Origin: Thermodesulfobacteriota bacterium
GTDB lineage: Bacteria; Desulfobacterota; Desulfobacteria; Desulfobacterales; C00003060
Assembly: GCA_034189385.1 (NCBI GenBank)
Contig: JAXHVD010000014.1
Span: 17,453-81,452 of the forward strand
Reading direction: 5' to 3'
Length of the DNA: 64,000 nucleotides
In this document: piece after piece, positions 40,385 to 50,208 of the stretch
How the letters are laid out: each line of letters starts with the position of its first letter
How positions within the stretch are numbered: the first letter of the stretch is position 1
Made by a program: the position numbers and the translations under genes
The notes under the pieces: model-generated
Told to the model about the DNA's origin: nothing
The model's input: the letters and a program-made list of their open reading frames with translations, nothing else
The model's database searches: none

Positions 40385-41187
40385 ATCCCTCTCACAGTCT
40401 GTTCTATGAGCGGTTCGGCACGCCCTCAGCGCCTAAGGTGGTCTTTCTCCATGGATTTATGGGACATTCCAGCGACTGGCAGGCCATCATAGAAAGGCTG
40501 GCTTCAACCTACTGTTGCCTGGCCGTACATCTGCCGGGCCATGGAAAGAGCCTTCATCTTCCTAAAGAGGACGATTACACCCTTGATGGAGCGGCCCGGG
40601 CGGTGGCACAAATCATGAAAAAGAACCAGGCCATTCCGGCTCCTGTCGTAGGCTACTCCATGGGCGGACGAGTGGCCCTTTACCTCGCTCTCCATTACAG
40701 CCCATGCTGCTCTCGGCTCGTTGTCGAGTCGGCCACAGCCGGCCTTAAGGGGGACCAAGATCGGGCCACACGAAGGAAACGGGATCAACAGCGGGCCCAA
40801 GCCCTGCGGCAGGGCTCCTTTGAAGACTTCCTCCGAACGTGGTATGGTCAACCCCTCTTTGAAACCCTGGCGGCAGCTCCAGATAAGCTCGAAGAAGTCT
40901 TAAGGCAAAGGCGTCTTAACGACCCTGAAGAACTGGCCAAGGCCCTTGAAGGAATGGGGGTGGGATCCCAGGACTCTCTATGGGAACAGTTGCCCCGCAT
41001 GAATGCACCGACGCTGCTCATGGCGGGAGAGAAAGATTCCAGGTACGTGGCAATCCTTCGGGCCATGGCAAAACGCCTGCCCTCTGCTACAATAGAAATT
41101 ATTGCCGGCGCAGGCCACAACGTCCACCTGGAAAACGCCCCTGCGGCTGCGGCGCAGATAGAGCAATTCCTGGCAAAGGAGCAATAG
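40381..41187 (+). CDS. menH: 2-succinyl-6-hydroxy-2,4-cyclohexadiene-1-carboxylate synthase
   Basis: Alpha/beta hydrolase with FLHGF, GYSMGGR and GH.VH. ATGA overlap with the menD stop. Confidence 0.85.
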   Translation: MNPSHSLFYERFGTPSAPKVVFLHGFMGHSSDWQAIIERLASTYCCLAVHLPGHGKSLHLPKEDDYTLDGAARAVAQIMKKNQAIPAPVVGYSMGGRVALYLALHYSPCCSRLVVESATAGLKGDQDRATRRKRDQQRAQALRQGSFEDFLRTWYGQPLFETLAAAPDKLEEVLRQRRLNDPEELAKALEGMGVGSQDSLWEQLPRMNAPTLLMAGEKDSRYVAILRAMAKRLPSATIEIIAGAGHNVHLENAPAAAAQIEQFLAKEQ

Positions 41188-41192
41188 AACTG

Positions 41193-42014
41193 ATGGCAAC
41201 CATTGCATGGAAAGAGGCTAAAGCGTTCACGGACATTAGATATGAAAAAGCGGGAGGGATTGCCAAAATTACCATTAACCGACCTGAGGTACGCAATGCC
41301 TTTCGGCCGTTGACAGTTGTGGAAATGTCAAAGGCGTTAAACGACGCCCGAGATGACAAGGATATCGGAGTCATCATTCTCACAGGCCAAGGCGATAAGG
41401 CCTTTTGCTCCGGCGGGGACCAACGGGTTCGGGCCCATGCGGGCTATGCTGACGAGGGCGGTGTCGAGCGACTGAATGTCCTGGATTTCCAACGCCAGAT
41501 TCGCACGTGCCCTAAGCCGATCATTGCCATGGTAGCCGGCTACGCCATCGGAGGAGGCCATGTGCTCCATTTGATGTGCGATCTGACGATTGCGGCCGAC
41601 AACGCTGTCTTCGGCCAGACCGGGCCGAAGGTGGGCTCCTTTGACGGCGGCTATGGTTCAGCCTACCTGGCCCGTATCGTGGGGCAGAAGAAGGCCCGGG
41701 AAATCTGGTTTCTCTGCCGCCAGTATTCGGCCCAACAGGCCTTGGAGATGGGGTTGGTCAACACCGTGGTCCCCCTGGAGAAACTGGAAGAGGAAACCGT
41801 CCAGTGGTGCCGCGAAATGCTTGTGCACTCGCCTCTGGCCTTGCGCTGCTTGAAATCGGCACTGAATGCAGACTGCGATGGCCAGGCTGGTCTCCAGGAG
41901 CTGGCAGGCAATGCCACCCTTTTGTTCTACATGACCGAAGAGGCCCAGGAGGGGCGGGACGCTTTTGCAGAAAAGCGGAAACCGGATTTCACCAAGTTTC
42001 CCAGGAGGCCCTAA
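41193..42014 (+). CDS. menB: 1,4-dihydroxy-2-naphthoyl-CoA synthase
   Basis: Crotonase fold ([30 protein letters not shown]). ATG 41193 is preferred because the ORF-track N-terminal extension overlaps menH. Confidence 0.93.
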   Translation: MATIAWKEAKAFTDIRYEKAGGIAKITINRPEVRNAFRPLTVVEMSKALNDARDDKDIGVIILTGQGDKAFCSGGDQRVRAHAGYADEGGVERLNVLDFQRQIRTCPKPIIAMVAGYAIGGGHVLHLMCDLTIAADNAVFGQTGPKVGSFDGGYGSAYLARIVGQKKAREIWFLCRQYSAQQALEMGLVNTVVPLEKLEEETVQWCREMLVHSPLALRCLKSALNADCDGQAGLQELAGNATLLFYMTEEAQEGRDAFAEKRKPDFTKFPRRP

Positions 42015-42162
42015 GCGCAAGGCGCGATGGGCGACGCCTGGATTGGTCATTTGCCAGATGCCTCGGGCCCCATGGCAAGAGGCACGGCCAATAGGAGAGT
42101 GACATGTCAGACTGTAGGCTGGTCTCTTTGAGTTACTCTTCGCAGTTTACGGCACTTCAACA

Positions 42163-43050
42163 ATGGCTAGGCTTTCCACCTTTAACATATGGGTACTGGC
42201 GGCACGGCCCAAAACGCTTTGGGCGGCTATTGCCCCTGTCATGGTAGGCACGGCTATGGCCTTTGAGACAGGAAAGGGGGCCTGGCTTCCGGCCCTGGCA
42301 GCCCTTTTTGGTGCCGTCATGATACAAATCGGGACCAATTTTGCCAACGACTACTTTGATCATCAGAAAGGAACAGACACGGAGCATCGGCTTGGCCCCT
42401 TACGGGTCACCCAAGCCGGGCTGGTGCAACCTGAGACCATGAAATGGGCCATCGCCCTGGCCTTTTTCATGGCTGGGACAGCCGGAATCTATCTGGTCTG
42501 GCAGGGAGGCTGGCCGATTTTCATCGTAGGCTGCCTTTCGATCTTATCGGGAATCTTTTATACGGCAGGGCCCTACCCTCTCGGCTATACTGGCTTGGCT
42601 GATCTTTTTGTGTTGATCTTTTTTGGTCCAGTAGCAGTAGGAGGCACGTACTACGTCCAGACCTTGGAAATGCATCATCCCGTGCTGTGGTCCGGCCTGG
42701 CCCCCGGCCTTTTTTCCGTAGCCATCCTCACGGTGAACAATCTCCGAGACATAGAAGAAGACAAGCGCGCCGGCAAAAAGACCCTTGCTGTAAGATTCGG
42801 CCGTTCCTATGCCCAGGGGCAATACCTCCTGTGCCTGGTGTCGGCCTCCGCCATCCCGGCAATGCTCTATATTCTAGAAGGAAACCATCCCGTTGCCATG
42901 GTGACCATCGTCCTTCCCCTTGCGGCTTTGTCGTCCATACGCTTGGTCTTTACGACCAGGGATGGTCCGAAACTTAACGGTGTCTTGGCTTTTACGGGCA
43001 AGCTCCTGCTCCTTTATAGTGTTGTTTTCTCTGTGGGATGGCTTCTGTGA
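42163..43050 (+). CDS. menA: 1,4-dihydroxy-2-naphthoate polyprenyltransferase
   Basis: UbiA-family polytopic protein with NDYFD and NN.RD...D motifs. Confidence 0.9.
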   Translation: MARLSTFNIWVLAARPKTLWAAIAPVMVGTAMAFETGKGAWLPALAALFGAVMIQIGTNFANDYFDHQKGTDTEHRLGPLRVTQAGLVQPETMKWAIALAFFMAGTAGIYLVWQGGWPIFIVGCLSILSGIFYTAGPYPLGYTGLADLFVLIFFGPVAVGGTYYVQTLEMHHPVLWSGLAPGLFSVAILTVNNLRDIEEDKRAGKKTLAVRFGRSYAQGQYLLCLVSASAIPAMLYILEGNHPVAMVTIVLPLAALSSIRLVFTTRDGPKLNGVLAFTGKLLLLYSVVFSVGWLL

Positions 43051-44150
43051 GAATATCAGACATGGCCCTTTTCGAGTTTCGCCTTCCCCTTCGCCGCCCT
43101 TTGAAGATCGGCCAAGAAGTCCTCGAACAACGACGGGGTCTTGTCCTGAGCCTAACGGACGACTCCGGCAGGCAGGCTTTTGGAGAGGCCAGCCCTCTGC
43201 CCGGCTTGAGCCGAGAGAGTATGGCCCAGGCGAAAGACGAGATGGCCTTGCTACGCCCTTGGCTCATGGGCCGACTCCTGCCCGATCATCTGGACAAGGT
43301 GAGAGGAGCTTTCAAAGCGTGGCTTGGGGAATGCCGCCTGGCATCTTCTTCACGTTTTGCTCTTGAGACGGCTGTCTTACGTCTTCTGGCGGCAAAAAGG
43401 GCCCTTCCCCTGAGTGAACTTCTTTCCCCATCCCCCCGGCCCTTCGTCAGTGTGAATGGTCTTTTGAGCGGCTCCCGCGAAGAAATTGAGAAAAAGGCCT
43501 TTGATCTTCGTGCCCGGGGATACAGGGCCTTCAAGCTGAAAGTGGGGCGGCAGACCGTGGAAGAAGACATCGCTATGACGCAGATGGTTAGAAGAATTAT
43601 TACAGATGATAGTATCTTGCGTCTGGATGCCAATCGTGCTTGGCAAATGGAGCAGGCCCTTGCCTTTGCCAAGGCTGTAGCCTCCGTTAACCTGGACTAT
43701 CTTGAGGAGCCTGTCCGCACCCTTCCCCTGCTGAAAGAGCTGGTCAGTAGAATAGGAACGGCCGTGCCACTTGCTCTGGACGAGAGCTTGACAGGTCTGA
43801 CACCGCGAGACCTGGATGGCTTTTTCGGGATCAAGGCTGTCGTACTGAAGCCCACCTTGCTGGGCTTTGAACAAGCCATGCGCTTCGCCCGTGGTGCCTT
43901 AAAAAGGGGTATGACGCCCGTTGTCAGTTCGGCCTTTGAATCTGAAATTGGTATAGAGGCCCTGGCCCACATGGCGGCATCCATCAACACAGGCGATGTG
44001 CCGGCCGGTCTCGACACCCTGGATTGGTTTGAAAAGGGATTGCTCCCCACCCCTTTTGGGATCAAAAGGGGTCGTCTTGGCATCGCAAATTTCCAGTGCT
44101 TTCCTGAACAAGCGCTGAAAAGTCTGACTGAGGTAACGTTGCATGGCTAA
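43038..44150 (+). CDS. menC: o-succinylbenzoate synthase
   Basis: Enolase-superfamily pattern (FKLKVG, LRLDAN, LEEP, LDES). The start may instead be at ATG 43062. Confidence 0.85.
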   Translation: MASVRISDMALFEFRLPLRRPLKIGQEVLEQRRGLVLSLTDDSGRQAFGEASPLPGLSRESMAQAKDEMALLRPWLMGRLLPDHLDKVRGAFKAWLGECRLASSSRFALETAVLRLLAAKRALPLSELLSPSPRPFVSVNGLLSGSREEIEKKAFDLRARGYRAFKLKVGRQTVEEDIAMTQMVRRIITDDSILRLDANRAWQMEQALAFAKAVASVNLDYLEEPVRTLPLLKELVSRIGTAVPLALDESLTGLTPRDLDGFFGIKAVVLKPTLLGFEQAMRFARGALKRGMTPVVSSAFESEIGIEALAHMAASINTGDVPAGLDTLDWFEKGLLPTPFGIKRGRLGIANFQCFPEQALKSLTEVTLHG

Positions 44151-45600
44151 TATCCAATGCCCCTTAAACGCCGCTGCCAATGCTTGGCGTGACCGCCCTG
44201 CCATCATCAGCGGAGAGAGGATGATCTCCTATGGTGAATATGAAGCCTTGGTTGCATCCACGGCCCTTGCACTCAAAAAAAGGGGGGTGATGCCGGGACA
44301 GCGTGTTGCCATCATTAGTAAAAACGACTTGGGACTACTTGTCCTTTTGTTCGCCATACTCAGAGCGGGGGCCGTCTCTTTCCCAATCAGCCCGAGACTC
44401 CCAGGGCAAGCCCTTCAGTCCACCCTGAAAAGGGTTGGTGCCTCAGTCGTCATCGATCCGGAGAACAGACTCCCGAGAAAAGGATCTTCTGAAATAGGCC
44501 AAATCGACCCAGACTCTCTCTTTGCCGCGGCAACATCCTTTGCCTCAACATCAGGCCATGAGGTCACATGGGATCTGGATGACGAAGCCACGATCATTCT
44601 CACCTCAGGCAGCACTGCTTTACCCAAGGCTGCCCTTCATTCCTTGGGAAATCACTACTACAACGCTCTGGGCTCCAACAAGAATCTTCCCATTGAACCG
44701 GGCCATGGCTGGCTCCTTTCTCTGCCTTTGTATCACGTAGGCGGACTGGGCATCCTTTTTAGAACCATTCTGGGTGGTGGGACACTGGTCCTTCCTGAAG
44801 AAGGCGAGACGATTCATGCTGCCGTGGAAAGATATGCCGTCACCCATCTTTCCCTTGTCTCTACTCAAGTCTTTCGCCTTCTGAACCAAGGGCTGTCGGA
44901 TCAAGCCGTTGACCGCCTAAAGGTCCTTCTTATTGGAGGAGGGCCTGTTTCTTCCTCCTTGATCACGCGTGCCGTCAACAGGGGTTTGCCTTTGTGCACC
45001 ACATACGGTCTCACGGAGATGGCCTCACAGGTCACCACCACCGTCCCGGGCGATGCTGGGGATCGGCTTTTCAGTTCCGGCAAGATTCTGGAATATCGCC
45101 GTCTCAAAATAGAGGACGGGGCTATTTTCGTGAAAGGCCGGACCCTTTTTAGAGGTTATGTGGAAGAGCAGGGAATAGAAAAACCTTTCGATGATAAAGG
45201 CTGGTTTAAGACGGGGGATATGGGACGGATGGACCGTGAAGGCTACCTCACCTTTCTGGGGCGGCAAGACAACATGTTTATTTCAGGTGGAGAAAACATC
45301 CAACCCGAGGAGATTGAGAGCGCCCTGTGTGCCACGATGGATATTACTCAGGCTGTGGTCGTGCCTGTGGAAGACAAGGAATTCAGCTTTCGTCCCGTTG
45401 CCTTCGTCCGGACACCCTCTGGGACGCACCTGGATCAAAAAGACCTGATCTGCCAGCTGGAGCGTGATCTGCCACGATTCAAGATCCCTGAAGCCTTTCT
45501 CCCCTGGCCCGAAGAGGCAGACAAAAGAGGCCTTAAGCCCGACCGCACCTACCTCACGACTCTGGCGGGAGAGCTTCGACTGACCCGCCTCAACAAATGA
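44143..45600 (+). CDS. menE: o-succinylbenzoate--CoA ligase
   Basis: AMP-binding motifs (TSGSTALPKA, YGLTE, TGD.G). Last gene of the men operon. Confidence 0.88.
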   Translation: MANIQCPLNAAANAWRDRPAIISGERMISYGEYEALVASTALALKKRGVMPGQRVAIISKNDLGLLVLLFAILRAGAVSFPISPRLPGQALQSTLKRVGASVVIDPENRLPRKGSSEIGQIDPDSLFAAATSFASTSGHEVTWDLDDEATIILTSGSTALPKAALHSLGNHYYNALGSNKNLPIEPGHGWLLSLPLYHVGGLGILFRTILGGGTLVLPEEGETIHAAVERYAVTHLSLVSTQVFRLLNQGLSDQAVDRLKVLLIGGGPVSSSLITRAVNRGLPLCTTYGLTEMASQVTTTVPGDAGDRLFSSGKILEYRRLKIEDGAIFVKGRTLFRGYVEEQGIEKPFDDKGWFKTGDMGRMDREGYLTFLGRQDNMFISGGENIQPEEIESALCATMDITQAVVVPVEDKEFSFRPVAFVRTPSGTHLDQKDLICQLERDLPRFKIPEAFLPWPEEADKRGLKPDRTYLTTLAGELRLTRLNK

Positions 45601-46006
45601 TCCCAGCAAGCCCCTTTCTTATGTTTTCCGGCAAGGGAATCTTCTCCCCCGTAACCTTGTCCACCGAGACATGAACTGTCTTGAGCCTTGTAGCAACGCG
45701 TCCCTTCTTATTCCTAAAGACATAGACCAGGGTAAAAGAAGTATCGCCCATTTCTGCTGAAAGAGAAAGGGTGAAGGCTTCACCCAGGACAAGGGGACTT
45801 CGGTAGTCCGCCTCTGCGTGAACAATAGGAAGGCTGTATTGGGCATCGCGAATAATAACGTCCAGGCCGCATCCGATAGATTTCATAAAATCTTCGTAGG
45901 CGCCATGGGCGATCTTAAAGTGATTTGCGAAAAATAGAATCCCCGCAGCATCGGCATCATGGAATTTCACCCGCATTTCTGTCTCAACCTTGCTCATATC
46001 CGTCAT
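45590..46006 (-). CDS. hotdog-fold acyl-CoA thioesterase (candidate DHNA-CoA hydrolase)
   Basis: 138 aa 4HBT-type protein (FHDADAAGILFFANHF). Convergent with menE, with 11 nt of overlap. Confidence 0.65.
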   Translation of the reverse strand: MTDMSKVETEMRVKFHDADAAGILFFANHFKIAHGAYEDFMKSIGCGLDVIIRDAQYSLPIVHAEADYRSPLVLGEAFTLSLSAEMGDTSFTLVYVFRNKKGRVATRLKTVHVSVDKVTGEKIPLPENIRKGLAGIIC

Positions 46007-46098
46007 GTTCCCAATCTTACATCACATCTGTAATTGAGATCAGATCCCATTGTTTCACTGCACTACAACCAATGAAACCTGCCGTAGACATCAGCCAT

Positions 46099-46275
46099 TC
46101 ACCCTTCTTTCTTGCCTTCGGCCCTACCCTTTTGAATGGCAAGGGCAAGCCCTGCCAAAGCCGCCACGCACCCGGCCAGCGTATAGACCATCTCGTTGCT
46201 CATGACAGAGCCCACAAAAAAGCCTAACAGGCCAGCGGCCACAAGGCCGGTCCATATCTTCCCCGCCATTTCCAT
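46099..46275 (-). CDS. hypothetical small membrane protein
   Basis: 58-codon ORF below the ORF-track cutoff, MEMAGKIWTGLVAAGLLGFFVGS...ALAGLALAIQKGRAEGKKEG. Two predicted TM helices. Confidence 0.35.
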   Translation of the reverse strand: MEMAGKIWTGLVAAGLLGFFVGSVMSNEMVYTLAGCVAALAGLALAIQKGRAEGKKEG

Positions 46276-46332
46276 GGACGACCACCCCTTCCTCGTTTAT
46301 GCAATATTTTTAGACATTCCTATGGTTTTTGC

Positions 46333-47454
46333 ATGAGGTCAAGTCTTTTTACACGATACGTTGATAACGACGTAAGCCTGTGTTATGGATCTTCCAAGAA
46401 TAGGAGACGAGGACAACCCTACCGCGTGACGCCCCTAACCCTTCTAAGACGCTTGTGCCTTCCCATTCTCTTCATCTGCCTTTGTGCCTTTGTTCAGCCG
46501 GCCTCCGGCTTCTACACATGGACCGATGAAAAGGGCGTCAGACACTTTAGTGACACGCCTCCTCCGGCTGGAGGCCTGGATCGACTCCAGGTCAGGGAAA
46601 CAGACGGTACCACTTTCCAGCCTCAAGGGCCGGAACCCCGGAGCACACTAGAAAAGCATTTCCTTTGGTCCGTAGAAACAAACAAAAACACCATTTACCT
46701 TCTGGGCTCTCTCCATGTGCTGACAAAGGATTCCTATCCATTGGCTCAAGAAATTGAAAATGCCTATCGGCATTGCCAGAAAATCGTATTTGAAACAGAC
46801 ATAGATGGCCTGAATAATCCCATGATGCAGGCCAAGATCATGACCCTCGGCCTTTATCCCTTGGACCAAACCTTGCGGCAGCATGTATCTGAAAAGACCT
46901 ATGCAGCGCTCAAAAAGAAGGTGGCCGAAGCTGGACTCTCCATGACCGTCTTTGAAAGGCTCAAGCCCTGGTCCTGCGGGGTGACGCTCACAATAATGGC
47001 CCTTGAAAGGATGGGATTTGATCTTCGTTACGGCATTGATACCACCTTTTTTCAGAGGGCAAAAAAGGATGGAAAAGAGCGGATCTTTTTGGAACCTGTT
47101 GAGTATCAGATCAACCTCCTTGCAAACATGGGAAAACAAGACCAAGAGCTATCCCTTAGACAGACCCTGGATGACCTTGAGGTGGTGGAAACCATGGCCC
47201 CTGATATGCTTGACGCCTGGGAAAACGGTGATGTTCACAGGCTCGATACCATTATGAATGCAAGCCTGAAGAAGTACCCTGATATCCATGACCGCCTTCT
47301 TGTGCAGAGGAATAAGAAATGGCTCTCCCAGATCGAGAATCTTATGAACCAGGATGACAATGTGCTGGTCATTGTAGGGGCCGCCCATCTGGTGGGAGCT
47401 GAAAGCCTTGTGGCCCTTCTCAGGGGAAAAGGTCATCACGTGACGCAGAGGTAG
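46333..47454 (+). CDS. TraB/GumN family protein with N-terminal DUF4124-like segment
   Basis: FYTWTDEKGVRHFSDTPP (DUF4124-like), then GS.H and GA.HL motifs of TraB/GumN. The start codon is uncertain. Confidence 0.65.
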   Translation: MRSSLFTRYVDNDVSLCYGSSKNRRRGQPYRVTPLTLLRRLCLPILFICLCAFVQPASGFYTWTDEKGVRHFSDTPPPAGGLDRLQVRETDGTTFQPQGPEPRSTLEKHFLWSVETNKNTIYLLGSLHVLTKDSYPLAQEIENAYRHCQKIVFETDIDGLNNPMMQAKIMTLGLYPLDQTLRQHVSEKTYAALKKKVAEAGLSMTVFERLKPWSCGVTLTIMALERMGFDLRYGIDTTFFQRAKKDGKERIFLEPVEYQINLLANMGKQDQELSLRQTLDDLEVVETMAPDMLDAWENGDVHRLDTIMNASLKKYPDIHDRLLVQRNKKWLSQIENLMNQDDNVLVIVGAAHLVGAESLVALLRGKGHHVTQR

Positions 47455-47549
47455 CAGGGAGTTTAAACTTGGAGGGTTGAAGCGAAGGCTTTCGGAGCCG
47501 AGAGGGGGGAGCCCTCGACAGCATGTGGGCATCCCCCTATTACCTTGGT

Positions 47550-49649
47550 CTACCGATGGCTCACGGTAATCGCACATGTCGCTATGGTCGTGTCCAACAC
47601 CTGGCCATCGCGTTTCAGCTTTAGTTTGACTTCAAACGCCTTCTCTGTGCCGTCAGGGATATGGACGGGAACCTTGATCTTTTTCCCTTGATACCTGTCC
47701 TTGACCAGTAGAAAGCCCGTGCCTCCAGACTGGTCGTCAACCTTGGTCAGTTCAGGATAATGGCTCTGAAAGACCTTGATGAGAGCCTTTACCTTGTATT
47801 GGGTGTCTGGAGCCCCCAAGATATCGTAGGCGATGTGAAATTGGATGGCCTCGCCCGGGAGAAAGTCTGTTTTACGGAGACCGTTCGTAGCTGTTGCATA
47901 GGTGTCGGTGATGACGATCCCAGGCTTTCCAAGACCGCTCAGGGGCACCTCGAAAATCGGCATATCAGGATCGTTTGACGGAATCGACAAAACAGCGGCC
48001 TTTTCGCCATCCGCTGTTGGGGAAAATCTGACGTACACACCCGTCCTTTGCGAGGGTGTCAGAATCTGACCCGGCCCCCCATCTGTGTTGCCTGATTGGT
48101 TGGACAGTGTAGCAAAATTCGATGCATCAGGACCTGTGATCGAAAGCCCCCCCCATTGCAGATCTTCATTTCCTGCGTTTGAGATCTCCACCTGCAAGAA
48201 GGCCGAGGAGCCCCGAGGCACCTCTCCGAAGTCCATCACCGTGGGAGAGACGACGATGGCCGGGCCGCAGGCTTCTATGATCACCGGTTTCTTGCCTAGG
48301 GTCAGCTCAATGGTCCCATCAACGATCGGCACGACATAGGTAACGAAGGCGTCTTCAAAAAGAACGGCTTCCGCTTCCTGCCCCGTCTCGAACATGGGCA
48401 CCACCTTCGTCACTTTCACCTCTGACGCGTTCATGGTGCTCACGTCGAGGGTGACGTCCTTTGAGTTTGTCGTATCATTGAACCAGTCGAACCAGGCCAC
48501 ATAGACCGGCTTTCCCTGTCGTGTAAGAAGATACTGGTAGAGATTGTCCTTCCCATAGGTGCAGGTAACGGTGTCCCAGTCCGCCTCTCCCAGTTTGTGG
48601 CTCATCAGTTTACACGTGAAATAGGATAGCTTTTTGATCCCGGGGCCTTTGTCGAACTCCCCTTGGCCGTCGTAGATCAGCCCGGTGTACCAGAAGCATC
48701 CGTTTTCCCTGCCGCCGGGCCTTTCATAGAGGAAGTTCCACAGGATCTTCTCAACACCCTCGGATGCGAGATGGACATGGCGCTTAAAGAGATCGACCGC
48801 CTGCTTCATTTCACTCTGGCTGGGGTAGTACACGCCATAGGCCGAATGAGGCGAATCCGTGTAGGTGGAGGTCTCTGTCATCCAGATGGGAATTGAAGGG
48901 AAACGTTCCTTTAGAAAATCGATCCGGTTTGAAAAGCCCTTGAAATGGTTTTTGTTCATGTAGCCGAATCGATGAAAATCGACAATGTCAAAATGGGTTT
49001 CATTCTGTAAAAGCGTCTCATAAAAGACGTCGTCCATGTCTTCGAGCAAAAGACTCCCCAGCAGGACGGAACAGTCCGGGCATGCCTGCTTCACTAACGG
49101 ATAGACCAGGTTGATCAGCTCGACGTAGTCCTCGGGATGGTACAGCCAATAGCTGGGGTTCAACCCGCTAGCCTTGTCGACCTCGTTTTCCATCTGCCAG
49201 AATTTGATGGCCGGCCTTTCATCGTCGCTCCACGACGGGGACAGGTTGTCCCCAGGCTCATAGCAGTCAGGACATTGCTCGGTGCAGCCGTAGTCGGCAT
49301 CACCGTCATATCTCTCCACGCATCGCAAGATGAACTGCCGGTAATACTCGGATCTAATTTTTTCCATGTTGGTTGGGGACATGAATGTGACAACCATCTC
49401 GCCGTCTCTTTGATAAACCCTGCTAAACTTTTCGTCCGTTTTCTTAAAAGACCACTCGGCTAAATCTATGGAATAGGTCTTGCTGAAGAGCAGGTTCCCT
49501 CTGATGAAACCAACATCCAGGTCTTCCAGGTAGTCGCTCTCAAGGACACTTTCAATGCCGAAAAATCCAAATGGAGCTCCATAGGCCGATGGAACAACGG
49601 CGATAAGTGATACGATTATCATCACCAAACTGAGTCTCTTGCAGATCAT
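47550..49649 (-). CDS. secreted glycoside-hydrolase-like protein (clan GH-A type TIM barrel) with C-terminal Ig-like domains
   Basis: Signal peptide MICKRLSLVMIIVSLIAVVPSAYG. Candidate acid/base motif WQMENE and nucleophile motif WMTETS. C-terminal beta-sandwich-like repeats. ATG 49649 has an AAGGGGG SD. Confidence 0.6.
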   Translation of the reverse strand: MICKRLSLVMIIVSLIAVVPSAYGAPFGFFGIESVLESDYLEDLDVGFIRGNLLFSKTYSIDLAEWSFKKTDEKFSRVYQRDGEMVVTFMSPTNMEKIRSEYYRQFILRCVERYDGDADYGCTEQCPDCYEPGDNLSPSWSDDERPAIKFWQMENEVDKASGLNPSYWLYHPEDYVELINLVYPLVKQACPDCSVLLGSLLLEDMDDVFYETLLQNETHFDIVDFHRFGYMNKNHFKGFSNRIDFLKERFPSIPIWMTETSTYTDSPHSAYGVYYPSQSEMKQAVDLFKRHVHLASEGVEKILWNFLYERPGGRENGCFWYTGLIYDGQGEFDKGPGIKKLSYFTCKLMSHKLGEADWDTVTCTYGKDNLYQYLLTRQGKPVYVAWFDWFNDTTNSKDVTLDVSTMNASEVKVTKVVPMFETGQEAEAVLFEDAFVTYVVPIVDGTIELTLGKKPVIIEACGPAIVVSPTVMDFGEVPRGSSAFLQVEISNAGNEDLQWGGLSITGPDASNFATLSNQSGNTDGGPGQILTPSQRTGVYVRFSPTADGEKAAVLSIPSNDPDMPIFEVPLSGLGKPGIVITDTYATATNGLRKTDFLPGEAIQFHIAYDILGAPDTQYKVKALIKVFQSHYPELTKVDDQSGGTGFLLVKDRYQGKKIKVPVHIPDGTEKAFEVKLKLKRDGQVLDTTIATCAITVSHR

Positions 49650-49751
49650 GGTATACCCCCTTGTCTTCTTATCGGTGCGATCTTCTGTTTCTTTAGTCTC
49701 TTTTGCTCCCTTTCTTATCGGCACTTCTTGAAGGCTGGCCCCCCACGCATC

Positions 49752-49906
49752 TTGAACCGAATAAGCGAGCGCATTCTCCACAGGAGAGCTACCGCAGCCC
49801 CGCAGGTTCTGCCTGACGGCAGTGGTTCTGCTAGTTGGCAGTGCTAGCGCGGCGCAGGCTGCGGGGTTAGCGAGCGTGTAATTAAAAAGACAACAACCTT
49901 ACGGTG
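49752..49906 (-). repeat. repeat family B, copy B2 (partial, about 155 bp)
   Basis: Reverse-complement match to the right two-thirds of B1 (TTGAACCGAATAAGCGAGCGCATTCTC ... GGGGTTAGCGAGCG ... CAACAACCTTACGGTG). Confidence 0.75.
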
Positions 49907-50208
49907 AGCGATTCTTTTGGATTCTTGCTTGGAATAGACGGGGGCCCTTGTGATTTCTTATTTTTGAACCCCATGAGATCTCGGACTTGGGTCGCTTCCG
50001 AGTCATGGCCGCACTGGCTCATCGGCACCCAATCGGTGCGGTGGGAGACCTCTGGCGGCAGCCGACGGAATGAGCATAACTTATTGACATGAGGAGTAAT
50101 TTTTGATATTTGATAGTAATTGTCTTGAAAATCTTGGCAAGGTCAAAGGCTCATCGTTGTTGAAAGAGGGCAAGGCCTTAGGGGGTTCAAAGGGTGGCAA
50201 CGGGAAGG

